Shown piece after piece: positions 8,492 through 17,712 of a DNA stretch of 63,818 bases. The translations under genes were made by a program, and so were the position numbers. The notes beneath the pieces were generated by a model, which was given only the letters and a program-made list of their open reading frames with translations, was not told the DNA's origin and made no database searches. The first letter of the stretch is position 1, and each line of letters starts with the position of its first letter. Source of the DNA: a virus (lineage: Duplodnaviria; Caudoviricetes); the IMG/VR virus record IMGVR_UViG_3300020020_000030, positions 1 to 63,818 of that record. The stretch is one strand, 5' to 3'.

Positions 8492-9697
8492 TTACGCGCT
8501 TGCGTTCGCGTGAGCCTCGACGTCGGCGACCATCACCGCGACCTGCGCCTGCGCGGCCTCGCGGAACGCCCGCGCCATCGCGGTGTCGGCCTCGGCCTTG
8601 GCCGCACGCACGACGTCCGCGGGCGTGCCCGGAACGTAGGGCTCCGTCGCCATGCCGACGCGACCGCTCGGCTCGGGCGTGGGCTCGGCCTTGCGCACGC
8701 GCTTGCCCTTGACGTTCGCCGCGACCTTCGCCGCGCGCTCGGCCGTGGCCTTGCGCTCACGCTCGGGAGTCGCCGAGATCGGCGTCTCGAGCGCGCGCTC
8801 GCTCCACTCGCGGGCGAGAACCTCGAACATCTCGTCGAGGGTCGTCGTGATCACGAGCCCGTCGCGCACCTTCGCACGCAACGCCCGGATGAGATCCGGC
8901 GTCGTGGCCTCGGCCAGCGACTTGACCTTCGCGGGCCCGGGCTTGGGCGTGCTCGCGGGGGTGAGGTGCTGCCCCGTCTCGACGCTTCCCGCGAGCGGGT
9001 CCGGCCCGCTCTCCGGCGTGCGCGGGGTGACCGGGCCGGAACCCTTGTCGCCGCCCTCGTTCGCCTTGCGCTCGGCCTCGCTCTCGCGCTTGTCGCCAGC
9101 CGTGCGCGCCTTGCGCTCGGCCTTGGTCTCGCCCTTCTGGGCTTCCTTCGCGCTCTCGTCGTGCGACTGCATGGCCGCGCGCCCGTCGGGAGTGTCAACC
9201 ACCGTCGACGCCACGCGGGTGCCCTTGCGACGCGCGTTCGCGGCCTTCGTCGTGGCGATCTCGGCGTCGGCGATCGAGATCATCGCGCTCTCACGTGTGC
9301 GCTTGCGCGCCGCGGCCTGGCAGGTCGCTTCGAGTCCGGCCTTCGCGCCCCCGTCGGCGACCTGCGCACGGGCGATCGTGACGAGACACTCGAAGATCAA
9401 CGTCTCGTCGGCCTTCGAGAACCCCTTGCCCGCGAGGGTGCTCTCGTACGTGCGAGCGACGAGCATCGCGGTGTCCATCGACGTCGCGCCGAACCCCGCG
9501 GGGACGAGCGCCTTCGCGTCGGCGTAGAGCTCGAAGATCTTCTCGGCGATCTCGGCGACCGAGAACCCCGTGTAGGCGAGCATGTGACGCACACGCGGGG
9601 CGAGCAGCTTGCGGTCACCGAAGTCGGCGACGATGCTCTTTGCGCGGGTGAGCGTCATGCGGGGGGACGTGCTGGTGGTGCTGGTCTTGCTAGCCAT
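8492..9697 (-). CDS. Hypothetical protein (401 aa, basic low-complexity C-terminal half)
   Basis: GAAAGGG RBS, ATG (MASKTS), own promoter and terminator. Confidence 0.75.
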   Translation of the reverse strand: MASKTSTTSTSPRMTLTRAKSIVADFGDRKLLAPRVRHMLAYTGFSVAEIAEKIFELYADAKALVPAGFGATSMDTAMLVARTYESTLAGKGFSKADETLIFECLVTIARAQVADGGAKAGLEATCQAAARKRTRESAMISIADAEIATTKAANARRKGTRVASTVVDTPDGRAAMQSHDESAKEAQKGETKAERKARTAGDKRESEAERKANEGGDKGSGPVTPRTPESGPDPLAGSVETGQHLTPASTPKPGPAKVKSLAEATTPDLIRALRAKVRDGLVITTTLDEMFEVLAREWSERALETPISATPERERKATAERAAKVAANVKGKRVRKAEPTPEPSGRVGMATEPYVPGTPADVVRAAKAEADTAMARAFREAAQAQVAVMVADVEAHANASA

Positions 9698-9792
9698 GAT
9701 CGGCCCTTTCGTGCGAGCGGGTGCTCGCTCTCGTGTCACGCTCGCCCCTCGTGGGGCGAGTCGGGCTTTCGGCGAAACCGAAGCCGTCTCCG

Positions 9793-9821
9793 ACGGTACA
9801 CCGTGGCCTAAGTCTTGTCAA
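9793..9821 (-). promoter_or_regulatory. sigmaA-type promoter (leftward)
   Basis: TTGACA-17bp-TACCGT on the - strand. Confidence 0.7.
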
Positions 9822-9877
9822 GCCCTAGTGCGGGCAGGTGTTACGACACCTGCACCTAGCGCGTGATAGACCCCGGA

Positions 9878-9895
9878 TTCCCGAACGTTCGGGAA
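9878..9895. promoter_or_regulatory. Palindromic operator-like motif TTCCCGAACGTTCGGGAA, copy 1
   Basis: Perfect 18-bp palindrome between divergent promoters. Confidence 0.8.
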
Positions 9896-9968
9896 TGCTG
9901 CGAGCCTCGCGTGACGTGTCGCGCACATCACCCGCCTGCCCTCGCGCGAGGCCGGCATGCCGGCTCCG

Positions 9969-9986
9969 CTCCCGAACGTTCGGGAA
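9969..9986. promoter_or_regulatory. Palindromic motif, copy 2
   Basis: CTCCCGAACGTTCGGGAA (1 mismatch). Confidence 0.75.
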
Positions 9987-10029
9987 CCGTGGCCCCTCAC
10001 GCGCTAGGCGCAGGCATGCCCGCGTCGCC

Positions 10030-10058
10030 TTGACGTAAGGCGACGGCGGCCCTAGGCT
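10030..10058 (+). promoter_or_regulatory. sigmaA-type early promoter (leaderless mRNA)
   Basis: TTGACG-17bp-TAGGCT, with ATG 6 nt downstream. Confidence 0.75.
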
Positions 10059-10064
10059 TTAGCC

Positions 10065-10427
10065 ATGACAAATCACCTCGACAGCCCAGCCACGCTGGGC
10101 GCAGGAGCGCAAGCGCCTGCACACCTGCCCACGATCGAGCGCCTGCGCGCCCTCGAGCGCGACCTCTGGTTCGCGATGCCGCGGTACACCGACCGCGAGA
10201 ACATGAGCGCGAGCGAGAGCGCACGTGAGCGCGCGCTCGATCACCGGATCTTCGGCCACGTGGCGCCCGCGCTCGACGTGCTGAACAACCTCATGCACGG
10301 GCGCGCGGGCCAGGGCCAGCCCGCGTGTGACTGCGGTGAATGGCCGCAGCTCAACGCGATCGCGGCCATCGTGCCGGGCGAGCGCGAGCACACGCCCACG
10401 TTCGCAGACTTCGGAGACTTCGAGTGA
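10065..10427 (+). CDS. Hypothetical early protein
   Basis: 120 aa; first gene after the promoter. Confidence 0.65.
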   Translation: MTNHLDSPATLGAGAQAPAHLPTIERLRALERDLWFAMPRYTDRENMSASESARERALDHRIFGHVAPALDVLNNLMHGRAGQGQPACDCGEWPQLNAIAAIVPGEREHTPTFADFGDFE

Positions 10428-10841
10428 GCGCGCTCAGGCGCCCGAGCCTGTGGGCACGCAAGCGCGAGGAGCGACTCTCCGCCCTGATCGAGCACCTGCT
10501 CGATCTCGCCGCGAGCACGCCCGACCCCGCCCGCGCGCACGTGCTCGACCGCCGAGTCTCGTCGGTGTTCGCCACGTACGACGCGCACGTGGCCCGGCAC
10601 ATGCCCGCGTGGAGCCCCTCGTGAGCGCGTCGCGCTGCGTGCGCCTGCGTACGCTCGCGAGCGTGCTCGAGGGCGCGCTCGCCTACGCGCTCGCGGCCGG
10701 CGACCGACGCTGGTGGCGCACGCTCGCCCGCCGGCACGCGCGCGTCACGCGAGAGCTCGCCAGGTGCGTGTGACTATGGCACGCGAGCACCTACCCGCCC
10801 GCATGGGATCAACAAACGAACCGACCTGGGAGTCAACAAAG

Positions 10842-11177
10842 ATGAGCCCTTCCGCGCCCAAGCGCACGACGTACGTGCGCCCCTTCCGCATCCGCTGGGA
10901 TCGCATCGCAGCTGCTCTCGTGCTCGGGCTCGTGCTCGCCGCGCTCGCATGGTGGTGGCTGACGATCGCCTCTGAGGTCAACGAAGATCCGTACGCCGGC
11001 GTGCCCCGATGCACCGACGCGATCGCGGATGCCGGCGGCATCTGCCACGGCGAGCCCCTGCCCCCGTGCCCGACCGAGGACTCACACGACTGCTACTGGG
11101 ACGCGCGCACGATGGGCAACGGCACGGGCCGGAGCTTCATCGACGAGGGTGGTTCCCAAACGTTCGGGAATCCCTGA
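10842..11177 (+). CDS. Membrane-anchored Cys-rich protein
   Basis: TM helix followed by LPPCPTEDSHDCYWDARTMGNGTGRSF. Confidence 0.6.
   Translation: MSPSAPKRTTYVRPFRIRWDRIAAALVLGLVLAALAWWWLTIASEVNEDPYAGVPRCTDAIADAGGICHGEPLPPCPTEDSHDCYWDARTMGNGTGRSFIDEGGSQTFGNP
11153..11170. promoter_or_regulatory. Palindromic motif, copy 3
   Basis: TTCCCAAACGTTCGGGAA (1 mismatch). Confidence 0.7.
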
Positions 11178-11248
11178 CCCTCACGTGATGCGCACTTGCG
11201 CATGGCGTGCGGCACGTGTGTACAGGCGGGCAGCCGGCACACGTGGCC

Positions 11249-11277
11249 TTGACATAAGCCCTGCCCAACCCTAGGCT
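11249..11277 (+). promoter_or_regulatory. sigmaA-type promoter
   Basis: TTGACA-17bp-TAGGCT. Confidence 0.8.
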
Positions 11278-11313
11278 TGCACTAGCAAGTTGATCCCCGG
11301 AAAGGACACTCAC

Positions 11314-11613
11314 ATGACCGCCACTACCACCTGCACCCGCGGGTACACCAACGTCCCGCCGTACGAAACGGCCCCGCTCGCGCAGGTCAAGCCCTCCGCG
11401 AAGTACGCCTACGCCACCCGCCCCGCGGGCACCGCGCCCGCCGTCGAGCGGGCCTACGCCTCGATCAACGAGGCCCGGCGCCAGCGCGAACTCGCCCGCC
11501 GTCGCAACGAGTGGGTCTCTCACCTGCTCGAGCGCGTCGGCCCCCGCGAGTGGGTGCCCGTGAACCCCAAGCTCCGCGTCATGTACGCCATCCCCACGCC
11601 CGCCAACGCCTGA
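11314..11613 (+). CDS. Hypothetical protein
   Basis: CCCCGGAAAGGA RBS. Confidence 0.65.
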   Translation: MTATTTCTRGYTNVPPYETAPLAQVKPSAKYAYATRPAGTAPAVERAYASINEARRQRELARRRNEWVSHLLERVGPREWVPVNPKLRVMYAIPTPANA

Positions 11614-11631
11614 CCCCGGAAGGAACAGACC

Positions 11632-11913
11632 ATGCGTTACACCATCATCATCGACGACCTCGCGCTGCCGCGTGCCACGTACGCCGGCGCGGACACGCTC
11701 GAGCAGGCCAAGCAGGAGCTCCGCATCCACCTGGCCGCGCACCCGAAGTCAACGAACGTCGTCGCCGAGGTCGCCGAACCGGGCGACCAGCACCCGCGCT
11801 GGGTGCTCGTCGCGACCGCCCGCAAGGGCATCCGGTCTATTGCCGGAGCAACCCGTACCCCCGAGGGCATGCTCGTCATGCCCACCCCCGAGCTCGCACC
11901 CGCGAGCGTCTGA
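11632..11913 (+). CDS. Hypothetical protein
   Basis: CCCCGGAAGGA RBS. Confidence 0.65.
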   Translation: MRYTIIIDDLALPRATYAGADTLEQAKQELRIHLAAHPKSTNVVAEVAEPGDQHPRWVLVATARKGIRSIAGATRTPEGMLVMPTPELAPASV

Positions 11914-11926
11914 CAAGGAGCAAGAG

Positions 11927-12931
11927 ATGACCACTGTGATCAAGGCCGGAACCGCGGCCGACTTCCTGGGCATGGTGCCCGCCCTGCTGGGCTACGTGCC
12001 CACCGAATCCGTCGTGCTCGTGCTCTTCGAGGGCGCGCGCAGTGTCGGTGCCATGCGTGTCGACGTGCCGACGCAGGGCATGGACCTCAACGAATACGCG
12101 AGCACGCTCACGGGCTACACCGTGCGCAAGGCGGGCGCCGACGGGGTGGCGGCGATCGTCTACACCTCACGCCCGCACGACGAGCGAGCGCTCGCCGTGC
12201 TCAACGCCCTGCTCGTCCGGCTGAACGACCACGGGATGCGCGCAGTCGACCTGCTCTACGTGGCCGGCGATGGCTGGGGCTCGCTCATGCAGGGCGGCGC
12301 ACCGCACCCGCACGAGGAGATCGCTCCGCACCCGGATGCCCCGCCCGTGCAGGCCGGCGATCAGGCCGCGAGCGCGAAGCTCCCGACCATCAACGAGCAG
12401 TACGCCGCCGACGTGATGAGCTACGTGGGCACGTGGGCACCCGACGAGGCGACCGAGCTGCTCGACCTGTTCGAGCTCGTCACCAAGGACGGGCGGATGC
12501 TCGCCCACCATGCCGGCCGGGTCATCGACGCGCTCGACAAGCCCGCGCTCCGAGACATTGGACTGGTGCAGTGGACCGGCGACTACGCCCGAGGCGAGCT
12601 CGCGCTTGAGGCGCAGCTCGCGTGGGAAGAGGGCGTCGAGTACCCCGCTGACCTGGCGATGGTGATGTGGGGCGAGGGTCCGCAGCCGGACGTCGCACGC
12701 CTCGAGCATGTGCGTGCCACCATGCGTGAGCTCGCCGCGATCTGCCCCACCTCCGGTGTGCTGGCGACGCTGGCGTGGATCTCGTGGGCATTCGGTCGCT
12801 CGACCGAGGCCGACGCCTACGCAGAGATGGCGCTCAAGGCGAACCCCGAGCACGGGCTGGCCGAGATCGTGCGCTCGTTCGTGAACGCCGGCCACCTCCC
12901 GCAGTGGGCGTTCGAGGCCAAGCATGCGTAG
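11927..12931 (+). CDS. DUF4192-family protein
   Basis: N-terminal DFLGMVPALLGYVPTESVVLV..MRVD and C-terminal LAWISWAFGRS..A..AL..P.H.LA signature. Confidence 0.75.
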   Translation: MTTVIKAGTAADFLGMVPALLGYVPTESVVLVLFEGARSVGAMRVDVPTQGMDLNEYASTLTGYTVRKAGADGVAAIVYTSRPHDERALAVLNALLVRLNDHGMRAVDLLYVAGDGWGSLMQGGAPHPHEEIAPHPDAPPVQAGDQAASAKLPTINEQYAADVMSYVGTWAPDEATELLDLFELVTKDGRMLAHHAGRVIDALDKPALRDIGLVQWTGDYARGELALEAQLAWEEGVEYPADLAMVMWGEGPQPDVARLEHVRATMRELAAICPTSGVLATLAWISWAFGRSTEADAYAEMALKANPEHGLAEIVRSFVNAGHLPQWAFEAKHA

Positions 12932-13196
12932 CAAGAGCGGGTGGCTGTCGCCCGCCGCCCTGCGTGACGGACTGATCGAGGAGTGGGCGATCGACATGGG
13001 CGAGGCGCGTGGTGTCACCACTCGCCATCGCATCACGCTCGGCTACGCCGGCTTCGGGAGCGAGCCGCACCAGTGGGTCGTCACGCGCTGGCGCTTCGAG
13101 GGTGAGGCCAAGGTCGAGGAGCACAAGTGGTGGTTCGTCAAACTCAACGAGGCGCGCGATGTGTGGAAGCGGCAGGTGCAGCGCACGGCCACGTGA
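12924..13196 (+). CDS. Hypothetical protein
   Basis: 90 aa, Trp-rich, operon-packed. Confidence 0.55.
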   Translation: MRSKSGWLSPAALRDGLIEEWAIDMGEARGVTTRHRITLGYAGFGSEPHQWVVTRWRFEGEAKVEEHKWWFVKLNEARDVWKRQVQRTAT

Positions 13197-13215
13197 GCAG
13201 GCGTCGCGCGACTGC

Positions 13216-13244
13216 TTGACATAGGGTTGCCCTAGTGCCAGGCT
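13216..13244 (+). promoter_or_regulatory. sigmaA-type promoter upstream of dprA
   Basis: TTGACA-17bp-CAGGCT. Confidence 0.65.
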
Positions 13245-13261
13245 GGATCTAGTCAACGAGA

Positions 13262-13279
13262 TTCCCGAACGTTCGGGAA
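13262..13279. promoter_or_regulatory. Palindromic motif, copy 4
   Basis: Perfect copy between the promoter and the RBS. Confidence 0.8.
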
Positions 13280-13306
13280 TCGAACTCCCCGGAAGGAGCC
13301 ACGCCA

Positions 13307-14215
13307 ATGCTGCGTGCAATCACACCCGAGCGCGAGGCGCTCATCATCCTGTCCCACCTGACCGAGCCCGGCGATCACGAGGCCGCGCACCTGGCTCACG
13401 CCGTCGGCCCGGTCACGGCGGTGGACATGCTCGTGCACGAGCGGATCGCCATCCCCTCGGAGGCGCACGCCGCGCTCGTCCGTCGCACCAAGCCGCGCTT
13501 CCGAGCCGGCATCGTGACCGAGGTGCTCACCCTGTGCGAGCGCTCGAACATCGACGTGCTCATCCCGAGCGACCCGGAGTGGCCGACCGAGCAGTTCGCC
13601 ACGATGGGCGACCAGGCACCGCACGTGCTGTACGTGCGAGGCAACGCCTGGGCGCTGGCGATGGAGCGACAGCATCGCGTCGCCATCGTCGGGGCACGAG
13701 CGGCCACCAGCTACGGCGAGCACGTCACGGGCGAGCTCGTCGCCGATCTGGTGAAGGACCACGTGATCGTCAGTGGTGCCGCGTATGGCATCGACGGTGC
13801 CGCGCACCGGATGGCGCTCGCGGCCGGCGGTCAGACCGTGGCGTTCCTCGCCGGCGGAGTCGACCGCCCGTACCCTGCCGGCCACGCCAACATGATCGAG
13901 AGGATCGCGGCATCCGGCGCCGTCGTGAGCGAGGTGCCGCCCGGCAGTGCGCCTACCAAGTGGCGGTTCCTGCAGCGCAACCGCCTGATCGCCGCGCTCG
14001 GCGACGCCTCGATCGTGGTCGAGGCGGGCTGGCGCAGTGGATCTCTCAACGAAGCCGGGCACGCCCGTGCGTTCGGCCGTCCGGTCGGCGCCGTGCCTGG
14101 TCCCATCACGTCCGCGGCAAGCGGCGGCACGCACCGTCTCATCCAGGAGTTCGGTGCTCACCTCATCACGAGCGCGGCAGATGTCCGCGCTCTCACCATT
14201 GGAGAACAGTCATGA
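13307..14215 (+). CDS. dprA: DNA processing protein A (DprA/Smf), lacking the C-terminal winged helix
   Basis: VAIVGARAATSYG, VSGAAYGIDGAAH, RFLQRNRLIAAL, VVEAGWRSGSL motifs. Confidence 0.95.
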   Translation: MLRAITPEREALIILSHLTEPGDHEAAHLAHAVGPVTAVDMLVHERIAIPSEAHAALVRRTKPRFRAGIVTEVLTLCERSNIDVLIPSDPEWPTEQFATMGDQAPHVLYVRGNAWALAMERQHRVAIVGARAATSYGEHVTGELVADLVKDHVIVSGAAYGIDGAAHRMALAAGGQTVAFLAGGVDRPYPAGHANMIERIAASGAVVSEVPPGSAPTKWRFLQRNRLIAALGDASIVVEAGWRSGSLNEAGHARAFGRPVGAVPGPITSAASGGTHRLIQEFGAHLITSAADVRALTIGEQS

Positions 14216-14634
14216 CCGACACCACCCTCACGCAGCTCGCGCTCGTCCAGCCCGGCACCAAGATCCTGTTCAACGCACAGGAGTACGTCGTGGTCGAGCA
14301 CGCCCGCACCCGCACCAAGATCAGCCGGACCAGCGACGGCAAGATGTTCGTGCTCTCGATGAACGCGAGGGTCGCCGAGGTCGGGCGGGACAACGACGCG
14401 CTGGCCGCGGCGCTCGCCGCCCGCGAGGAGCGGATGGCCGCTCGCAACGGTGCCGCGTACACCGCTCGCCCCACCCTGACGGTCGGCACCAAGGTGCGCT
14501 TCGCCGACACCGCGCAGACCCGCAAGGCCGGCATCGCCGGCGAGGAGTCGGTCATCGTCCGGGTCAACACCAAGACCTACGGGCTGGCGAACGGCTACCG
14601 CGTGACGCCCGGGCTGGTGGAGGAGATCAAGTGA
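14212..14634 (+). CDS. Hypothetical protein (two SH3-like beta domains)
   Basis: GTKILF/GTKVRF repeated motifs; ATGA overlap. Confidence 0.55.
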   Translation: MTDTTLTQLALVQPGTKILFNAQEYVVVEHARTRTKISRTSDGKMFVLSMNARVAEVGRDNDALAAALAAREERMAARNGAAYTARPTLTVGTKVRFADTAQTRKAGIAGEESVIVRVNTKTYGLANGYRVTPGLVEEIK

Positions 14635-15098
14635 AGATCCACTCCGACATCCTGACGACGCGCGACGTGTACGCCGCGACCAGCGCGGCCGGCATGCGCG
14701 GCGTCACCGCCGAGCGGCTGGAAGAACACGGCTCGCGCTCCCGCGCTCGCTCGTTCGACGTCACGCTCCGGGGCAACTCGACCCGCAAGCCGAACCCTGG
14801 CACCGGCGGGCGGTACTTCGACGAGGGTGAGTACGCCGCCACGTGGGACGAGTGGGGCATGTTCATCCACGCGCTCTACGAGGCGGACCCGAAGGCCCTG
14901 ATCGGGGACTACGGCCCGCGCCACGTCTTCGAGCAGGCCACCCGCCTGCGCTTCGAGGAGCTCACCGCCAAGGACGCCTGCCGCAACCACGTGTGGAAGA
15001 GCGGTGGCCCGATGATGCGCGAGTGCAAGAGGTGCCAGGCCCTGCACGACTACGGCCCCATCCACGAGCAGTACCGAGCGAAGGCGAAGGCAGCATGA
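14631..15098 (+). CDS. Hypothetical protein
   Basis: AATWDEWGMF motif; GTGA overlap. Confidence 0.6.
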   Translation: MKIHSDILTTRDVYAATSAAGMRGVTAERLEEHGSRSRARSFDVTLRGNSTRKPNPGTGGRYFDEGEYAATWDEWGMFIHALYEADPKALIGDYGPRHVFEQATRLRFEELTAKDACRNHVWKSGGPMMRECKRCQALHDYGPIHEQYRAKAKAA

Positions 15099-15352
15099 CC
15101 GCGTACGCAGACGAGCCCTCAACCGACGGGCTCAACCACCTGCAAGCCACGGCCCTCGCAGCTGCGCCCGGCGCGAGCCTGCTCTACACCCGCATGGAGG
15201 TGATCAACGCGATCACCATGCGGCGCAGGGTCTACGCCCTGACCCGCGACCACAAGGAGATCGTGCGCCTGCACACCCGCGAGGCATTCGCCAAGCGGGA
15301 GTGGGCCGGCTACTGGGTCGGGGCCACGTCGGTCCCGGTCGTGCGGCGATGA
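15095..15352 (+). CDS. Hypothetical protein
   Basis: ATGA overlaps. Confidence 0.5.
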   Translation: MTAYADEPSTDGLNHLQATALAAAPGASLLYTRMEVINAITMRRRVYALTRDHKEIVRLHTREAFAKREWAGYWVGATSVPVVRR

Positions 15353-15618
15353 CCGCCGACGACATCGCCCGCGACCTCATGGTCAACGGCTTGCAGGACA
15401 CCATCGAGGACGCGCTCCGCTCGGCCGCGAAGCAGGGCGAGGCGCTGATTCAGGGCAAGTGCGACGAGTTGGTCAAGCGTTACGACAACGCCTGCGCCGA
15501 GTACAAGCTCGCCATCGAAGAGGGCAACTACGAGGTCAAGGCGTACGAGGTCTACGAGGACGCGCTCATGGATCTCGTGCACGAGTTCGCCGCCGCAGTA
15601 GGGAGTGACGAAGCATGA
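15349..15618 (+). CDS. Hypothetical acidic protein
   Basis: ATGA overlaps. Confidence 0.55.
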   Translation: MTADDIARDLMVNGLQDTIEDALRSAAKQGEALIQGKCDELVKRYDNACAEYKLAIEEGNYEVKAYEVYEDALMDLVHEFAAAVGSDEA

Positions 15619-15914
15619 GCACAACGAACATCGGCATCATGGTGCCGGCCGACCTCGATCGCGAGGCCGGGCCGGTGTACTCCGCGTACCGCTCCGACAC
15701 CGGCATGGAGTACGAGCTCTTCGAGTGCGCCGATGGCGTGGGCGCGCTCATCGGGTCGAACCACGAGGACGTCGGGCTCGTCACGTGGTGGCGCACCGGC
15801 TCGCTCGAAGAGGGCACCGAGTGGATCGACGCGCAGCTCGTCGACGAGGAGGCGGACACCGCGCTCGCGATCGACGGCGTGGTCATCGCACAGTCGAGGA
15901 CGGTGGACCTGTGA
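15615..15914 (+). CDS. Hypothetical acidic protein
   Basis: 99 aa, operon-packed. Confidence 0.55.
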   Translation: MSTTNIGIMVPADLDREAGPVYSAYRSDTGMEYELFECADGVGALIGSNHEDVGLVTWWRTGSLEEGTEWIDAQLVDEEADTALAIDGVVIAQSRTVDL

Positions 15915-16135
15915 CCGAGCCCACCTGCAAGGGCACCGACCGCATCGTCTCGGCCGAGCGGATCAAGCGCGCGATCTTCACGACCGAGTGGCGGACCTGG
16001 TGCCCGCACTGCCTCAAGAGCGCGCCCTTCCGGCGCGCCGAGGTCAAGCCCGGCGGCGGCTACGCCCGTCGCTACGACCCACATCCGCCGGCGCAGGTGG
16101 ATGTTCCACGTGAAACATCCGAGGAGGACGAGTGA
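15911..16135 (+). CDS. Small Zn-finger-like protein
   Basis: C...CPHC...H; GTGA overlaps. Confidence 0.5.
   Translation: MTEPTCKGTDRIVSAERIKRAIFTTEWRTWCPHCLKSAPFRRAEVKPGGGYARRYDPHPPAQVDVPRETSEEDE
16102..16117. promoter_or_regulatory. parS centromere-like site
   Basis: TGTTCCACGTGAAACA matches the bacterial chromosomal parS consensus TGTTNCACGTGAAACA; palindrome extends to GGA...TCC. Confidence 0.75.
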
Positions 16136-16467
16136 CCATCAACGAACGAGCGGCCGAGCTGCGCGCCGCGATCGACACGTACGACGCCGGCAACCCGCCG
16201 GTGAACAAGGCCGGCGCACTGTTGCCCGGCGCCAAGGCCGAGATCGTGGCGGTCGACCCCGTGATCGAGGCGGCGAACGCCCTGCTCGGTCTGCTCGGCC
16301 AGCCCGAGTCCGTCGACCCGGAGTTCCGCGAGCAGATCATCGAGGTCATCGAGGGCACGTTCGAGGCGGCGGACGGGGACAGCAACGACCACGAGATCGA
16401 GCTCTTGCAGGACGCCCGCGACCTGCTGGCGCAGGTCATCCACTACCAGCACGAGGAGGAGCAGTGA
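16132..16467 (+). CDS. Hypothetical acidic protein
   Basis: 111 aa; GAGGAGG RBS. Confidence 0.6.
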   Translation: MTINERAAELRAAIDTYDAGNPPVNKAGALLPGAKAEIVAVDPVIEAANALLGLLGQPESVDPEFREQIIEVIEGTFEAADGDSNDHEIELLQDARDLLAQVIHYQHEEEQ

Positions 16468-16826
16468 GCAGTCACATCGAATGGGTCCATGCCCGCCACG
16501 TACAGGTGGCCGGCATCGCCGAGCCCGGCGAGTTCGACAACGACAGCGACCAGAACGAGGTCGGGTGCGTCACGATCACCGACGAGAACGGCGACGGCAT
16601 CTGCATCGAGGGCCGGCCGGAGGATCTGATCGAGTTCGCGAAGCGTGTCGTGATCGCGGCGAACACCGTCGCATCCGACACCAACGCGAGCGCGAAGCTG
16701 CGCTCGCTGTACGGCATCACCGATCCCCTCGATCGGGAGCCGAGCCAGATCCATGAAGAGATGGGCAGGCAGGTGCTGGACGACCAGTACTTCGAGCCCG
16801 AGTACAACGACGGAGGCATGCAATGA
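16464..16826 (+). CDS. Hypothetical protein
   Basis: GTGA overlap; GAGGAGGAG RBS. Confidence 0.55.
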   Translation: MSSHIEWVHARHVQVAGIAEPGEFDNDSDQNEVGCVTITDENGDGICIEGRPEDLIEFAKRVVIAANTVASDTNASAKLRSLYGITDPLDREPSQIHEEMGRQVLDDQYFEPEYNDGGMQ

Positions 16827-17200
16827 CACGACCAGAAACCCACGCGGACCTGACCGAGTACGAGCGCCAGGGAGAGACGATCTTCTCCTGGCAGTACGGA
16901 CTCGACAAGCTCCCGAGCGTCCAGCACCACATCGTGCAGGCGAAGATCACCGCGCTCAAGCTCGGCCTCGAGGTGGCGCAGACCGAGGTGCGCACCGTGC
17001 TCACCACCAAGGAGCTCGACGCGAAGCTCGCCGAGAACCAGGAGAAGTGGGATCTCGGCATGGTCACGTACGACCAGCTGCTCAACCGCGCCGTCGAGTA
17101 CGGTGACCTCGACTGGCAGGCCCGCAACGCGGCCACGTTCTACGCCAACCGTGAGGATCTCACGCACCCCTCGAAGATCTTCGAGGAGGCGGACGCCTGA
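16823..17200 (+). CDS. Hypothetical protein
   Basis: 125 aa, operon-packed. Confidence 0.6.
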   Translation: MTRPETHADLTEYERQGETIFSWQYGLDKLPSVQHHIVQAKITALKLGLEVAQTEVRTVLTTKELDAKLAENQEKWDLGMVTYDQLLNRAVEYGDLDWQARNAATFYANREDLTHPSKIFEEADA

Positions 17201-17712
17201 TGGGTGCCGACATGACGATCGCGGTCTGCCGCGACGTGCACTACTCCAAGCCGGCACAGCGCTGGATCAAAGAGCGGCCGATCGACCCGCCCAACCACGG
17301 GCTCGCGATGCAGAGGTCGGCGGCGCTGACCACCCTGCTCGCCGAGGCGCGCATCCTCGCTCTCGATCCGGTGCCGGACAACTACGAGGATCTGTTCTTC
17401 TGGCACCCGACGTTCTACGACCGGGCGGAGGAGACGACCGAGCCGACGTTCACCGACGACGAGGTGCGCGAGATGATCCGCGACGGCGTGGCCAAGGTGT
17501 TCGAGTACTGGCGCGACACGACCACGCTCGTGCTCGACGACAAGTGGTACATCGCCACCGGCGGGCTGTCGTGGGGTGATCCGCCCACCGAGTGCTACGA
17601 CCCGGTGTGCATGATGGACGCGATCAGCCTGTTCGACAAGCCGATCACCGTGGCCGAGCTGCGCGTGGCATGGGCGCAGCTGCCCGACGAGCTGCGGGTG
17701 CCGGCGTCATGA
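17200..17712 (+). CDS. Hypothetical protein
   Basis: MGADM...TGGLSWGDPPT; pattern recurrent in phage proteins. Confidence 0.6.
   Translation: MGADMTIAVCRDVHYSKPAQRWIKERPIDPPNHGLAMQRSAALTTLLAEARILALDPVPDNYEDLFFWHPTFYDRAEETTEPTFTDDEVREMIRDGVAKVFEYWRDTTTLVLDDKWYIATGGLSWGDPPTECYDPVCMMDAISLFDKPITVAELRVAWAQLPDELRVPAS

Noticed and set aside
9878-9895. LexA SOS box
   Set aside because: The half-sites lack the 4-nt spacer required for LexA.
11614-11625. SRP RNA domain IV (CCGGAAGGAA similarity)
   Set aside because: The flanking CAGG/AGCAG helix is absent and the motif sits at RBS distance from start codons.
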